A DNA stretch of 64,000 nt, taken from an uncultured Acidobacteriota bacterium. Its GTDB lineage: Bacteria > Acidobacteriota > Thermoanaerobaculia > UBA5066 > Gp7-AA6. The notes below the pieces were generated by a model. The model was not told the origin of the DNA, ran no database searches, and saw only the letters and a list, made by a program, of their open reading frames with translations. Both the position numbers and the translations under genes were made by a program. This document shows, in pieces, positions 1 through 14,495 of the stretch. Where the stretch lies: the NCBI GenBank assembly GCA_963764715.1, contig CAVXTP010000006.1:288001-352000 (forward strand), given 5' to 3'. The stretch's first letter is position 1. Each line of letters opens with the position of its first letter.

Positions 1-87
1 CACGGCGCGCGAGCGCGCCTGAACCAGGGACAGAAGGATGCCGAGGCTTCCTGCGACGACCAGGAGAACGAAGGCGACCGAGCTCAT
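1..87 (-). CDS. 5' end of a membrane/exported protein running off the window (partial)
   Basis: Minus-strand ATG at 87 gives MSSVAFVLLVVAGSLGILLSLVQARSRAV, a hydrophobic N-terminus; divergent from the ABC operon. Confidence 0.4.
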   Translation of the reverse strand, partial: MSSVAFVLLVVAGSLGILLSLVQARSRAV

Positions 88-182
88 GTACCCATCGGGG
101 TGAGGCGCGGAGAATATCGTCTTTTCTCGAGTTTCGCGAAGCTGGACATGCGGCGAGGTTCCGGGGGAGGATCCGTCGGACC

Positions 183-1127
183 ATGCCGACCCCTCCCGAC
201 GCCCGGGCGCCTCTCGAGATCCGCGGGCTCTCCAAGAGCTTCGGCGATCGGCGCGCGCTCGACGGCGTCTCCCTCACGATGGCACCGGGCGAAGTCCTCG
301 GGCTCCTCGGTCCCAACGGCGCCGGAAAGACCACGCTCGTGCGCGCCGTCGCGGGCCGCGTCGAGCCGGACGGCGGAAGCCTCTCGATCCTGGGCCTGCC
401 CCCGCTCGACGACCGGTCCCGCTCCGCCCGCGGCTGGGTGCCTCAGGAGATCGCGCTCTATCCCCTCCTCTCGCCGCGCGAGAACCTCTGGACCTTCGGC
501 CGCTACCAGGGGCTCGAGGGCCCGGCGCTCGATGCCGCCATCGGCTCGAGCCTCGAGTGGATCGGGCTCGCCGACCGGGCGAACGACAAGACGGACCGGC
601 TTTCCGGCGGCATGAAGCGGCGGCTCAACATCGCGGCCGGGACGATCCACGGCCCGAAGGTTCTGCTTCTCGACGAGCCGACCGTCGGCGTCGACCCGCA
701 GTCGCGGGAGCGGATCTACGGCATGATCGGCGAGCTCAAGGCGCGCGGCGTCTCCCTCCTGTACACGACCCATTACATGGAAGAGGCCGAGCGCCTCTGC
801 GACCGCATCGCGATCATCGACCATGGACGGATCATCGCGGAGGGGACCAAGGACGAGCTCGTCCGGAAGACCCTCGGCGCGGGCCAGGCGCTCGTGATCG
901 ACGCGGACGCCCCGGTTCCCGCCGCGCTCCAGAAGGAGCTCGAGGCCCGCGGCGCGCGCGTCGACGGGACCCGCGTCCTGATGACCGTGACCAATCCCGC
1001 CGACGAGATCCGCCGGCTGCTCGAGACCTTCCATGCCCGCGGAGCGGCGGTGCGCGACCTGACGTTGAAGAGCCCGACGCTCGAGCAGGTCTTCCTCCAG
1101 CTGACGGGACGGGAGCTCCGCGAATGA
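183..1127 (+). CDS. ABC transporter ATP-binding protein (ABC-2/DrrA-like exporter)
   Basis: Walker A GPNGAGKT, signature LSGGMKRR, Walker B LLLDEPT, H-loop TTHYMEE. Confidence 0.95.
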   Translation: MPTPPDARAPLEIRGLSKSFGDRRALDGVSLTMAPGEVLGLLGPNGAGKTTLVRAVAGRVEPDGGSLSILGLPPLDDRSRSARGWVPQEIALYPLLSPRENLWTFGRYQGLEGPALDAAIGSSLEWIGLADRANDKTDRLSGGMKRRLNIAAGTIHGPKVLLLDEPTVGVDPQSRERIYGMIGELKARGVSLLYTTHYMEEAERLCDRIAIIDHGRIIAEGTKDELVRKTLGAGQALVIDADAPVPAALQKELEARGARVDGTRVLMTVTNPADEIRRLLETFHARGAAVRDLTLKSPTLEQVFLQLTGRELRE

Positions 1128-2413
1128 ACAGCGTCCTGGCGGTCGCGAAGAACCGGTTCCTCAACCTGCGCCACGACCGCGCGGCGATGATCCTCTCCTT
1201 CGTTCTGCCGGTCGCCTTCTTCTCCGTCTTCGCCGGCGTTTTCGTGGGCGGCCGGAGCGCCACCCGCAGGGTCCCGGTCGCGCTCGTCGACGAGGACGGC
1301 TCGTCCGCGTCCCGGCGGCTCACGGCGGCCCTCGCGGCCGAGCAGGGACTCGACGTCCTCCACGCGCCCCGCGACAAGGCCGGCGCACCCGTCTACACGC
1401 GCGCGTCCGCCGAAGCCGCCGTGCGCGCGGGCGACGTGCCGGTCGCGCTGATCGTGCCGAAGGGCTTCGGCGCGACGCCGCTTTCGTTCGGCCGGGACTC
1501 GACGCGGCCCAGGGTCGAGGTCCTGTCGGACAGCGCCGACCCCGTGGCCCCGCAGGTCCTGGGCGGCCTCGTGCAGAAGGTCGCGATGACGGCGATGCCG
1601 GGCGCCATGGCGCGGAGCGGGGTCGCCGAGATCGACCAGTGGAGCGGGGGCCTCACGCCCGAGCAGAAGGCCCGCATGGACTCGGTCATCGCCGAGATCG
1701 AGAAGGAGCCGGAGGTGCCGCCGGGCCAGCCCGCGCCGCGGGCGGCCGCGCCCTCCGGCGGGGGGCTCATCGACGTTTCGGTGCGGGACCTCGTCGGCGA
1801 AAAGAAGAAGAATCCGCAGATCGCCTTCTACGCCGCGGGCCTCGGCGTGATGTTCCTCCTGTTCTCGGCCTCGGGCGCCGGCGGCGCGCTGATCGAGGAA
1901 GCCGAGAGCGGGACGCTCGACCGGATCCTCGCGACCCGGGTCTCGATGACGAAGCTCCTCCTCGGCAAGCTCGTCTACCTGGTGCTCCTCGCCGTCGCCC
2001 AGCTCACGCTCATGTTCGTCTGGGGCGCGCTCTTCTTCGGCGTGGAGCTCGCGAGCCACATCACCGGATTTCTGATCATGACCTTCGCGACGGCCCTCGC
2101 CTGCGCGACGTTCGGGCTGCTGCTCGCCTCGGTCTGCCGCTCGCGGATGCAGCTCGTCGCGCTCTCGAACCTCTCGATCCTCCTGATGTCGGCGCTCGGC
2201 GGGAGCATGTTCCCGCGGTTCCTGATGCCCGAGAAGATGCAGAAGATCGGCCTCGCGACCTTGAACGCCTGGGCCATCGACGGCTTCCAGAAGATCTTCT
2301 GGCGGGAGGAGCCGGTCTCGAGCCTCTGGCCGCAAGTCACGGTGCTCGTCGGGATCGGGGTCGTCTTCTTCCTCATCGCCCGCCGCGTCGCCGAGCGCTG
2401 GGAAGCCGCTTAA
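1124..2413 (+). CDS. ABC-2 type transporter permease
   Basis: ATG overlaps the ATPase stop (ATGA); N-terminal TM, large extracytoplasmic loop, C-terminal TMs with EEAESGTLDRILATRVS and LGGSMFP motifs. Confidence 0.92.
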   Translation: MNSVLAVAKNRFLNLRHDRAAMILSFVLPVAFFSVFAGVFVGGRSATRRVPVALVDEDGSSASRRLTAALAAEQGLDVLHAPRDKAGAPVYTRASAEAAVRAGDVPVALIVPKGFGATPLSFGRDSTRPRVEVLSDSADPVAPQVLGGLVQKVAMTAMPGAMARSGVAEIDQWSGGLTPEQKARMDSVIAEIEKEPEVPPGQPAPRAAAPSGGGLIDVSVRDLVGEKKKNPQIAFYAAGLGVMFLLFSASGAGGALIEEAESGTLDRILATRVSMTKLLLGKLVYLVLLAVAQLTLMFVWGALFFGVELASHITGFLIMTFATALACATFGLLLASVCRSRMQLVALSNLSILLMSALGGSMFPRFLMPEKMQKIGLATLNAWAIDGFQKIFWREEPVSSLWPQVTVLVGIGVVFFLIARRVAERWEAA

Positions 2414-2473
2414 TCAATTGACATATCTCATGCCGTAATCGCCTAAGCTCCACCAGGCGATCAAGGAGGGGAC

Positions 2474-3631
2474 ATGAAGGCTCCCACCCCGGCCCGGCGA
2501 CTGTTCCTGGTCCCGCTGGCGGTCTGCGCGGTGTTCGCCGGGGGTGCCGTCGCCCGCGTCCAGGACATCTGCGGCCCCTTCACCGACGTCTCCGCGGCGC
2601 TCTGCCCCTACGTGCTCGAGATGTATTACCTCGGCATCACCGCCGGCACCTCGCCCACGACCTACTCGCCCGACGCGACACTGACGCGCGGCCAGGCCGC
2701 CGTCTTCGTCTCGAAGGGCGTCAACCAGGCGATCGCTCGCTCGAGTCGCCGCGCAGCGCTCGGGCAGTGGTGGACGACCGCGAGTGACGCAGCCCTCGGG
2801 CGGACCGTGCTGCCCGGGATCTACACGGGCCCGTGCGTCTCGGATGGCACCGACGTCTGGGTCAGCAGCTATCCGGACGGCAACGTTTTCCGGGTCCGGG
2901 CTTCGGATGGCAGGTTTCTCGAAACCTGGACGGGCGCCACGGCCTCCTGGGCTCTCCTGAGCGCCATGGGCCGAATCTTCGTGTCGAGCAACGACACTCC
3001 AGGGCGGGTCTACATGATCGACCCCGCCTCCCCTCCCGGCACTGCGGTGCTCATCGCGGACGAGCTCGGAGACAACACCGTCGGGCTCGCTTTCGATGGA
3101 TCTCGCGTCTGGGCGACCGGATTCCACTCGGTTTCGATACTGACGCCGGGGCCGACCGTTCCGTGGTCGGTCGCGACCGCCACCGAGGGGTTCGCTACGC
3201 CCTCGAGCATCGTGTTCGACGGTTCATCAATCTGGGTGGCCGACGACACGAACGGCTTGCTGCGCGTCGATGCGACCGGCCACGTCGTGCAGACCGTGGC
3301 CGTCGGCTCCGCACCTCACGGGATGACGTTCGACGGTTCGAACCTGTGGGTCCCAAATACGGGGGACAGCACGGTATCGATCGTCCGCGTCGACTCGGGA
3401 GCAGTGATCGCGACGTTGTCCGGCAACGGACTATCGACTCCCGTGGGGTCCGCGTTCGACGGCGAGAGGGTCCTCGTCACCAACGCCACCGGAGGCTCGG
3501 TCTCGCTCTTCCGTGCGGCGGACCTCAAACCCCTCGCCAACGTGCCCGTCGTCGGCGGGGCGTGCACCGACGGACTGAACTTCTGGCTCCCGACCGTCGA
3601 AAACAACTCGGCCGTGCTCCGGAGATTCTGA
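2474..3631 (+). CDS. Secreted protein with SLH-like domain and YncE-like beta-propeller
   Basis: AAGGAGG RBS, signal peptide, PFTDV..GITAGTSPTTYSPDATLTRGQAAVF (SLH), repeated FDGxxxWV blades. Confidence 0.8.
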   Translation: MKAPTPARRLFLVPLAVCAVFAGGAVARVQDICGPFTDVSAALCPYVLEMYYLGITAGTSPTTYSPDATLTRGQAAVFVSKGVNQAIARSSRRAALGQWWTTASDAALGRTVLPGIYTGPCVSDGTDVWVSSYPDGNVFRVRASDGRFLETWTGATASWALLSAMGRIFVSSNDTPGRVYMIDPASPPGTAVLIADELGDNTVGLAFDGSRVWATGFHSVSILTPGPTVPWSVATATEGFATPSSIVFDGSSIWVADDTNGLLRVDATGHVVQTVAVGSAPHGMTFDGSNLWVPNTGDSTVSIVRVDSGAVIATLSGNGLSTPVGSAFDGERVLVTNATGGSVSLFRAADLKPLANVPVVGGACTDGLNFWLPTVENNSAVLRRF

Positions 3632-4782
3632 TGAAGCGTCTCCTGGCCGCGGCCATCGCTTCGACATCCGTCATCGCCGGGTCGGCGACGGCCGCCCTTC
3701 AGGACGTCTGCGGCCCGTTCACGGACGTCTCTCCCGCCTTCTGCCCGTACGTGCTCGAGATGTACTACCTCGGCATCACCGCCGGCACCTCGCCGACGAC
3801 CTACTCGCCCGACAAGCCAGTCACGCGCGGCCAGGCAGCCGTGTTCGTCTCGAAGGGCGTCAACCAGGCGATCGCTCGCTCCTCGAAGCGGGCGTCGCTG
3901 GGCAACTGGTGGACGCCGAGGGATCCCGCCGGGTTCCCCCGCTACAGCGCGGGGGCCTTCGGCGTCGTCAGCGACGGTACGGACGTGTGGGCCGTTTCCA
4001 TGAGCGTCGTTGTCCGGACGCGCGCGAGCGATGGCAAATGGCTGGGGACCTGGACCGGAATCTCGGGCGGCGCCGCGATCGTCTCGGCGATGGGCCGGAT
4101 CTTCGTCAGCACGAACTCGAACCCCGCAAAGATCTACATGATCGATCCCTCTCTGCCTCCGGGTCCGGCCACCGAGGTCGTCGGCGACCTCGGGCAGCAG
4201 GCGCTGGGGTTGACCTTCGACGGGTCGAGGCTCTGGACCGCCAACGCGGGGCACTCGGTTTCGATCGTCACCCCCGCGGCGACCCTGCCCTGGCCCTCCG
4301 TCACGGTGCTGATGGACGGGCCACACTACCCGCTCGCGGCGATCTTCGACGGCCGCGACGTCTGGATTGCCGACAATCTCGGCAAGCTGCTACGCATGAA
4401 TTCCGACGGCACGATCGCGCAGACCGTCGAGATCAGCTCCGGCTCCGGGGTCTTCCAGCCCACGTTCGACGGCGAAAACATCTGGGTGCCGCTGGTGGCG
4501 GAGGAGTCGGAACTCGTCGTCGTCCGGGCCGCGTCCGGCGAGATTATCCGCCGGCTGACGGGCAACGGACTGACCGCACCGCACGCCGCCGCGTTCGACG
4601 GGCAGCGGGTGCTCGTAACCAATTCGACGGGAGGCTCCGACGGCACCCTGTCGCTGTGGCGGGCCGCGGACCTCGCGCCCCTGGGGTTCGTCGACCTGTT
4701 CGCCGCACCGAATCAGGTCTGCAGCGACGGCGTCTCGTTCTGGTACACGGAGGCGAGCTCGAGCCAGCTCGTCCGGTTCTAG
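3631..4782 (+). CDS. Tandem paralog: secreted SLH-like + beta-propeller protein
   Basis: ATG at 3631 overlaps upstream TGA; MKRLLAAAIAS signal peptide; near-identical SLH segment and FDG..W repeats. Confidence 0.8.
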   Translation: MKRLLAAAIASTSVIAGSATAALQDVCGPFTDVSPAFCPYVLEMYYLGITAGTSPTTYSPDKPVTRGQAAVFVSKGVNQAIARSSKRASLGNWWTPRDPAGFPRYSAGAFGVVSDGTDVWAVSMSVVVRTRASDGKWLGTWTGISGGAAIVSAMGRIFVSTNSNPAKIYMIDPSLPPGPATEVVGDLGQQALGLTFDGSRLWTANAGHSVSIVTPAATLPWPSVTVLMDGPHYPLAAIFDGRDVWIADNLGKLLRMNSDGTIAQTVEISSGSGVFQPTFDGENIWVPLVAEESELVVVRAASGEIIRRLTGNGLTAPHAAAFDGQRVLVTNSTGGSDGTLSLWRAADLAPLGFVDLFAAPNQVCSDGVSFWYTEASSSQLVRF

Positions 4783-5419
4783 CTACTCGTACACCCGGTC
4801 CCCCACCGTCAGCCGCTCGAGGTAGACCGTCTCGCACGAGTTCGGCCCTTCGTCCTCGCGCGTCGTGCTCGTGCCCCAGTGGAAGTCGGAGTCGCCGACG
4901 CCGTCGATGTCGACGAGGAATCCCTCGAGGCGCACGAGGTCGCCCTTCGTGACGGCGCGGACGGCGTGCTTCAGGCGCAGGGAGCGCGGGAAGACGTGGA
5001 CATTGGCGGTGTGGGAGACGATCGTCCCGCGGTCGAGCGAGAGGTCCTTCGTCCGCCAGAAGAAGAAGCGCGAGAACTGGGAAAACGACAGCCGTCCCGG
5101 CGTAGGGCGGCGCGAGAACGGGCCCCCACGCCAGCGCCAGGTCCTCGGGCAGGAGGCTTCCCGCAGCGCCCCACCGGTAGGCCCGCGAGGACATGACCCG
5201 GGCGGACTGGTCCCAGCGGAAGCGAGGCGTGACGCGGTAGTCGCGCCCGCCGACGCGCCGCTCGAACGGCGCGCGGTCGGCCGGCGCCTGCACCGGCTCG
5301 GCCGAGGCGTCCGGCACCGGGGCCGGCCGGTGGCGCAGCAGGCCGAGGGTCAGCGGGTGGCGAAAGAGGAAGAGCGCCAGCGCCGAGGCGGTGACGAAGG
5401 CCGCGGCGCGCGCTCGCAT
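4783..5419 (-). CDS. Conserved hypothetical exported protein (one apparent frameshift near 5100)
   Basis: N-terminal hydrophobic anchor and DLALAWG in one frame, continuing as GDLVRLEGFLVDI..WGTSTTREDEGPNSCETVY to TAG at 4783 in another. Confidence 0.6.
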
Positions 5420-5554
5420 GCTGGGTCAAATTGTCACCGAGACGGCGGCAATTTCCCAGTGATTCGGCGATTGACACGCACGGCGCGGCGCGGGAGATAA
5501 TCCGCGCTTCCCCGGGCCCGGCCCACTCCGACCCGACAACCGAAGGAGATACGG

Positions 5555-8968
<3,414 letters not shown>

Positions 8969-8998
8969 AACGCGCCCTTTGATAGTCTCGGCGACAGC

Positions 8999-9375
8999 GT
9001 GCCCTTCGAGCTTCGCGTGTCCTCCCGGCGAGTCACTGGCCCGCGTCCGCGGGCTGGGGCCGCGACGATTTCGCGTCCACGGCCGAGGCCATGCGCACGA
9101 TCGGCCAGGACCCGCGCCTCGCGCCCGGCATGCCGGTCCTGATGGACGTCCGGGACCTCGAGTACATCGCGACACCTCCCGAGGTCTCGTCCTTCGCCTC
9201 GCCCGAGCTGCTGCAGACCCTCTTCGCCGGCCGGCGCGTCGCCATCGTGACGCGGCGGGGAGCGCAGTTCGGCGTGGCCCGGACCTTCGCGACGAAGGCC
9301 GAGACGTCGGGCTCCGAGGTCGAGATCTTCGCCGAGCCGGACCTCGCGCTGGCGTGGCTCTCGGGCAAGCGTTGA
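8999..9375 (+). CDS. Small hypothetical protein, STAS/SEC14 (SpoIIAA)-like; start uncertain
   Basis: VLMDVR..RRVAIV..FGVAR..IF...ALAWL pattern in the 9091-9375 frame. Confidence 0.5.
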
Positions 9376-9453
9376 ATCCGGCCGGGCACGCGGCCGGCAT
9401 CGGATCGAACACCTCGCGCGCCGCATCTTGCGGCTGCAGACCGGAGGACGACC

Positions 9454-10925
9454 TTGAAGCGCATCCTGAAATGGATCGTCGGCGTCGTGCTCGGGGTCGT
9501 CCTCTTCGCGAGTCGGTCTGCTCTTCGTCCGCGCCTTCGCGTCGCGCTCGAAGCCGCCGCTCAAGCCCTGGCACCACGTCCTCGCCGGCGAGTTCCGCGC
9601 GAAGGACCTCACCGACGCGACGACCCTGAAGGATTACCTCGTGTTCGAGGACGCCGTGTTCCGCCGGATGAACGAGAACGTTCTACCGGCCGCCGCGGCC
9701 GAGGACCGGACGCCGACCAACCGCTACTGGCCGGACAGCCCCATCAACCCGGAGCGGTTCGCGAAGAACTGGAACCGGACCTTCGAGCTCGTCCCCGAGG
9801 GCGAGATCCGCGGCGGCGCGCTGCTCGTCCACGGCCTGACCGACGCGCCGTACAGCGTCAAGGCCGACGCCGAGGTCCTGCGGCGGCTCGGCTACTACGC
9901 GCTCTGCCTGCGGATGCCCGGGCACGGAACCGTGCCCGGCGGGCTCGTCGACGCGAAGCTGGGAGGACTGGCGCGCGGCCGTCCGCGTGGGCGCCCGGCA
10001 CGTGCGCCGAACGCATCGGAGCGGGGAAGCCCTTCGTCATCGCCGGGCTACTCCAACGGCGGCGCGCTCGCCGTGCAGTACGGCCTCGACGCCGCGGCGG
10101 TCGACGACGCCGCGATGCTGCCGCGGCCCGACCGCATCATCCTGTTCTCGCCGATGATCGGCGTCTCGCCGTTCGCTTCCTTCGCGAGGGTCGTGGCCCG
10201 GATCGGATCCATCCCCTACTTCGAGCAGTCCCGCTGGCTCGACGTCCTGCCCGAGTACATCCCGTTCAAGTACGACTCGTTTCCCGCGTTCGCCGCCCAG
10301 CAGACGGCGGAGCTCACGGCCGAGATCCAGAACGGGGTGCGCGAGGCCGCGAAGTCGGGAACGATCCGGAACTTTCCGCCGGTGCTTTCCTTCTCGTCGC
10401 TCGTCGACTCGACGGTCGAGACCTGGGCCACGATCGACCGAGCTCTTCGCGTTCCTGCCCGAGAACGGCAGCGAGCTCGTTCTCTTCGACCTGAACCGCA
10501 TGGCCGCCGTGCAGACCTTCCTGAAAAAGACCTACGACCCGCAGGTCGCGACGCTCTTCGCCGAACGCGGGACGCACCTTACCGGCTGTCGCTCGTGACG
10601 AATGCCGGGCCCGAGACCCGGGAGGTCGTGGCGCGCAACGCCGGGCCCGAACTCCGCGACATCGGAAGCGACGCCGATCGGCCTCTCCTGGCCGCCGGGC
10701 GTCTTTTCCCTGTCGCACCTCGCGGTGCCGTTCGCTTTCGACGACCCGCTGTTCGGCATCGAGCCGGACATGCGCGTCAGCTACGGTCTGCGGCTCGGCC
10801 TGCTCGCCCCGCGCGGCGAGCGGGCGTGTCCTGGACGTTTCGACGCGACCAGTTCATGCGGATCAACTGCAACCCGTTCTTCCCGTACGTCGCGAAGCGG
10901 ATCGAGGAGTTCGTCGCGGAAGTAG
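9454..10925 (+). CDS. Alpha/beta hydrolase (frameshifted)
   Basis: GGAGG RBS, N-terminal TM, LLVHGLTDAPYS, PGHGTVP, nucleophile GYSNGG, SLSHLAVP. Confidence 0.8.
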
Positions 10926-10930
10926 CGGCG

Positions 10931-12153
10931 TCACCGCGGAGCCGCCGGCCGGCGTTGCCTGCTGCCGAGGGTCTCCCTCGGACGGTCGGCTCGTCCCGCC
11001 CTCCCCGACGCTCCTTCGAGCCGCTCGAGCACGTACCGCCGGATGTCGAGGCTCAGCGTCCTCCATCGGGGCGTAGTAGCCGAAGCGCGTGGACGCGGGA
11101 AGCCGAGGCCGCGCTGGACCTCTTCGCAGATCGCCCAGTCCTGCCGGTTGATGAGGTCCCAGAACTCGACGGCGTCCGAGGGGTCGAAACCCGGGCTTCG
11201 CGATCTCGGCCGCGTCGAAGAGGAAGTCGCAGAAGATCCGCGTCCGGTCGGGCGCCTCGGGCAGCGAGGCGGAACGCGGCCACGTGCTCGGGCGAGAGCG
11301 ACAGAAACAGGTTCGGATAGACGAGCTCGCCCTTGTGGCGGGTCTTCTCCTCCTCCGAAAGGTCCGGGAACAGGGCGCGGTCGGAAGTCCCGGAGCGCGT
11401 GAACGTGAACGCGCCGTCGCGGTGCGGAATGCCATGCTCCCAGTCGAGGCCCGCGCCGCCCTTTTCGCGAAAGGCGGGAACGACCTCGCAGAGCTCGGGA
11501 TGAACGCCCGCGCAGTGGTAGCACTCGTTGTAGTTCTCGGCGACGACCTTCCAGTTCGCGCCCACCTCGTAGACGATGCGCCGGGCCAGGCGCAGCCGGT
11601 CGAGGGGATAGCGGCGCACCCTCTCCGGAACGGCGCCGAGGCACGGCTCGAGACTCCGGGCGCGCGGGCCCGCGGGCCAGAGATTCAGAAAGAAGAAGCC
11701 TCCCCACTCGGCGATCGCGCAGGCGTGGAGCGAGAGGTCCTCGGCCCGCAGAGTTGGGATCCTGGTTGAGAAACGGCGCTCCGATGAGCCTGCCGTCCAG
11801 CGCGTACGTCCAGGAGTGATACGGACACCGGATGGCGCCGGCGCCTCCGCCGGAAGCCGCCGTCGCGCCCCGAGGGGCGCGCGGGCTCCCGGCCGGGCCG
11901 CCGTCGTCCGTCGCGCAGAGGCGGGCGCCGCGGTGGCGGCAGACGTTGTAGTGCGCCGCGAGCCGGCCCTCGCGCGTCCGCGCGAGCAGCAGACTTTCGC
12001 CCAGGACTCTCGAGCACGCGCACTTCCCCGGCCTCTCGGCAGCTCGTCCGCGCGGCCGGCGCAGACCCACTCGCGCGAAAAGATCCGCTCGCGCTCCTTC
12101 GCGAAGATCTCGGGAGAGCGGTAGTACTCGCTGGGAAGGGATTTCTCGAGCAT
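10931..12153 (-). CDS. Rieske non-heme iron oxygenase alpha subunit (GbcA/choline monooxygenase-like; frameshifted)
   Basis: NVCRHRG..CPYHSWTY Rieske motif; NWKVVAENYNECYHCAGVHPEL mononuclear Fe motif; QDWAICE. Confidence 0.88.
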
Positions 12154-12256
12154 GGGGCGTGGGCGGCCGAAGGGCGCAGGGTCGAAGACCGCGCGAGCTC
12201 GGTCGTAGGGCGAGGCTTGTCCCCGCCCGGTCGCCGCGGCGTCCGACGCGGCTTCG

Positions 12257-13252
12257 TCATTTCCCCTCGTGCCCGTAGTACTCGTACGCCGACATCGGCT
12301 TCGTGTAGTCGACCGTCCAGGGGCGGCCTTCCTTCTCGAGCTTGCCGAGCGCGCGGGCCATCTCGCGGACGTGGATCGCGACGGAGCCGCAGCAGGAGCC
12401 GATGAAGTTGATGCCGAGGTCGCGGGCCTGCTGCGCCCAGCGCGCCATCTCCCGGCGCGTCAGCTGCAGCGGGTCGAGCTCGAACGGGAACGCCTCGAGG
12501 CTCGTGAAGTCGGGCCGGTCCGCCGGCGTCCGGTAACCGACCGGCTGGCAGGCGACGAACCCGGAGACGGCCTTGCGCATCTCCTCGATGAGCGGAAGCG
12601 TGTGCTCGGGCCCGCGCAGGCAGTTGATGCCGACGATGTCGGCGCCGGCGTCCTGCAGGGCCCGCGCCGCGTCGGCCGGGGTCTGGCCGTCGGAGGTCAC
12701 GGGCTTGTTCTCGAAGCAGACGGTGACCATCACGGGCAGGCCCGTCTTCTTGGCGCTCTCGACGGCGAGCAGCGCCTCGCCGAGCCACGAGAAGGTCTCG
12801 CCGATCACGAAGTCGATGCCTTCCTCGACCTGCACCGCGAGCTGCTCGTCGAAGGTCCGTCGCACGCGGTCGTAGGATGCGGGGCTCCCCTGCTCGTACA
12901 TCCAGGTCAGCGACAGGTTGCCGGCCACGAGGCAGCGATCGCCGGCCACCTGCTTCGCGATGCGGACCGCGGCGCGGTTCAACTCCTCCAGTCGATTCTC
13001 GAGGCCGACCGTCGCGAGCTTGTCCCGGCTCGCGTAGAAGGTCAGCGCCTGGAGCACCTCGGCGCCCGCCTCGCGAAACTCGACGTGGAGCTGCTCGAGG
13101 GCCTCGGGCTTCGTCAGGGCGACCTCCGGGGTGAACGGGCCGGCGCGGACCCAGCCGCGCTTCTCGAGCTCCAGCAGATATCCGCCGTCGCCGAGGACCG
13201 GACCTTCGGCGAGCCGTTCCAGGATGCCTTTTTTCTTCACGCGCGTCTCCAT
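12257..13252 (-). CDS. Homocysteine S-methyltransferase family (betaine-homocysteine methyltransferase-like)
   Basis: LGDGGYLLELEKRG, GINC and GSCCG zinc ligands, FPFELDPLQLTR as in BHMT. Confidence 0.9.
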   Translation of the reverse strand: METRVKKKGILERLAEGPVLGDGGYLLELEKRGWVRAGPFTPEVALTKPEALEQLHVEFREAGAEVLQALTFYASRDKLATVGLENRLEELNRAAVRIAKQVAGDRCLVAGNLSLTWMYEQGSPASYDRVRRTFDEQLAVQVEEGIDFVIGETFSWLGEALLAVESAKKTGLPVMVTVCFENKPVTSDGQTPADAARALQDAGADIVGINCLRGPEHTLPLIEEMRKAVSGFVACQPVGYRTPADRPDFTSLEAFPFELDPLQLTRREMARWAQQARDLGINFIGSCCGSVAIHVREMARALGKLEKEGRPWTVDYTKPMSAYEYYGHEGK

Positions 13253-13294
13253 GCTGTTTCGTGTCGAGCGTTTCGTTTCGGATCGAATTTCGGA

Positions 13295-14495
13295 TCAGGT
13301 GTAGGCGGTGGGCTCCTCGTCCCCGTACTCCCATTCCGCGCGGATCGGCCCGCGCGTCGCGAAACGGTCCGGCGCGAAGCACGGCGAGGTCGACCGTCCG
13401 CGCGCGTCCGTCGAGGAGAAGCTCCGAGAGGCACAGGCCGACGGCCGGAGAGATCTTGAAGCCCATGCCCGAGAACCCCGCGGCGACGTAGAGGCCGCGC
13501 GTCCCGGGCACTTCGCCGATCAGAGGCCGGAAATCCGGCGAGACGTCGTAGACGCCCGTGACGCTGCGCCAGATGCCGGCCTCCGCGAGCGCCGGCACGC
13601 GGTGGCTGGTGCGCTCGACGAGGCTCGCGAGCGATTCCGTCGAGGCGGACTGCGGGAAGGCGTCCGGATCCGCGCCCCGCTTTCCCCAGAAGTCGCCGAT
13701 CAGCGTGAGCCCCCCGACCTCCGAGCGAAAGTAGGTCGTCGTGATGCCGTCGATGCAGGCCGGCGAACGGCTCCGTCAGGCCCGGGGGGTTCTTGAGGAT
13801 CGCCACCTCGTGGTACTCGCCCTCGACCGGGCAGGTCGAATCCGGCGGCGGAAAAGAGCGGCCGACTCCAGGGTCCGGTCGCCGCGAGCACCACCGGCGC
13901 GTCGACCCGGCCGCGGTCCGTCTCGACGCCGGTCACCCGCCCGCCCTCGACCCGGAAACCCGGTGACGCGCGTCTGCGAGCGGTACGCGACCCCCATCTC
14001 GCGGGCCCGTTCGAGGAAGTCGGTCGCGACGCCCGTGCCGTCGCCGTAGCCCGAGCCCGGTTCCCAGGCCGCGTACGGCAGGTCGTCGACGTTCCATTCG
14101 GGAACGATCGCCGCGAGCTCCCGGCGGTCGACGACGCGGGCGTCGACGCCGTGGGCGCGCTGCATGGCGACGTTCTTCTCGAGCCGCGGCAGCTCCTTCT
14201 CGGGAACGATCCGGACGAAGCCGGTCTGCCGGAAGTCGCCCGGGCGGCCGACGTAGTCCGGCCATTTCCGGAAGATCTCGAGGCTCTTGACCGCGAGGTC
14301 GACTTCGGGGGGATAGCTGTAGTGCATCCGGACGAGGGCCGACGAGCGCCCGCTGCCACCGTGCGCCACGTCGCCCTTGTCGAGCACGAGGACGCGGCCC
14401 GCGCCGCGGCGCGCGAGATGGAAAGCGGTCGACGCGCCCATGACGCCCGCGCCGAGGATGACGACGTCGGCGGTGCGCCCGAGCTCCGCGCTCAT
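13295..14495 (-). CDS. FAD-dependent amine oxidoreductase (DAO/sarcosine oxidase beta-like; frameshifted)
   Basis: VVILGAGVMGASTA, GSGRSSALVR, YDVSPDFRPLIG, GFSGMGFKISPAVG. Confidence 0.85.
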
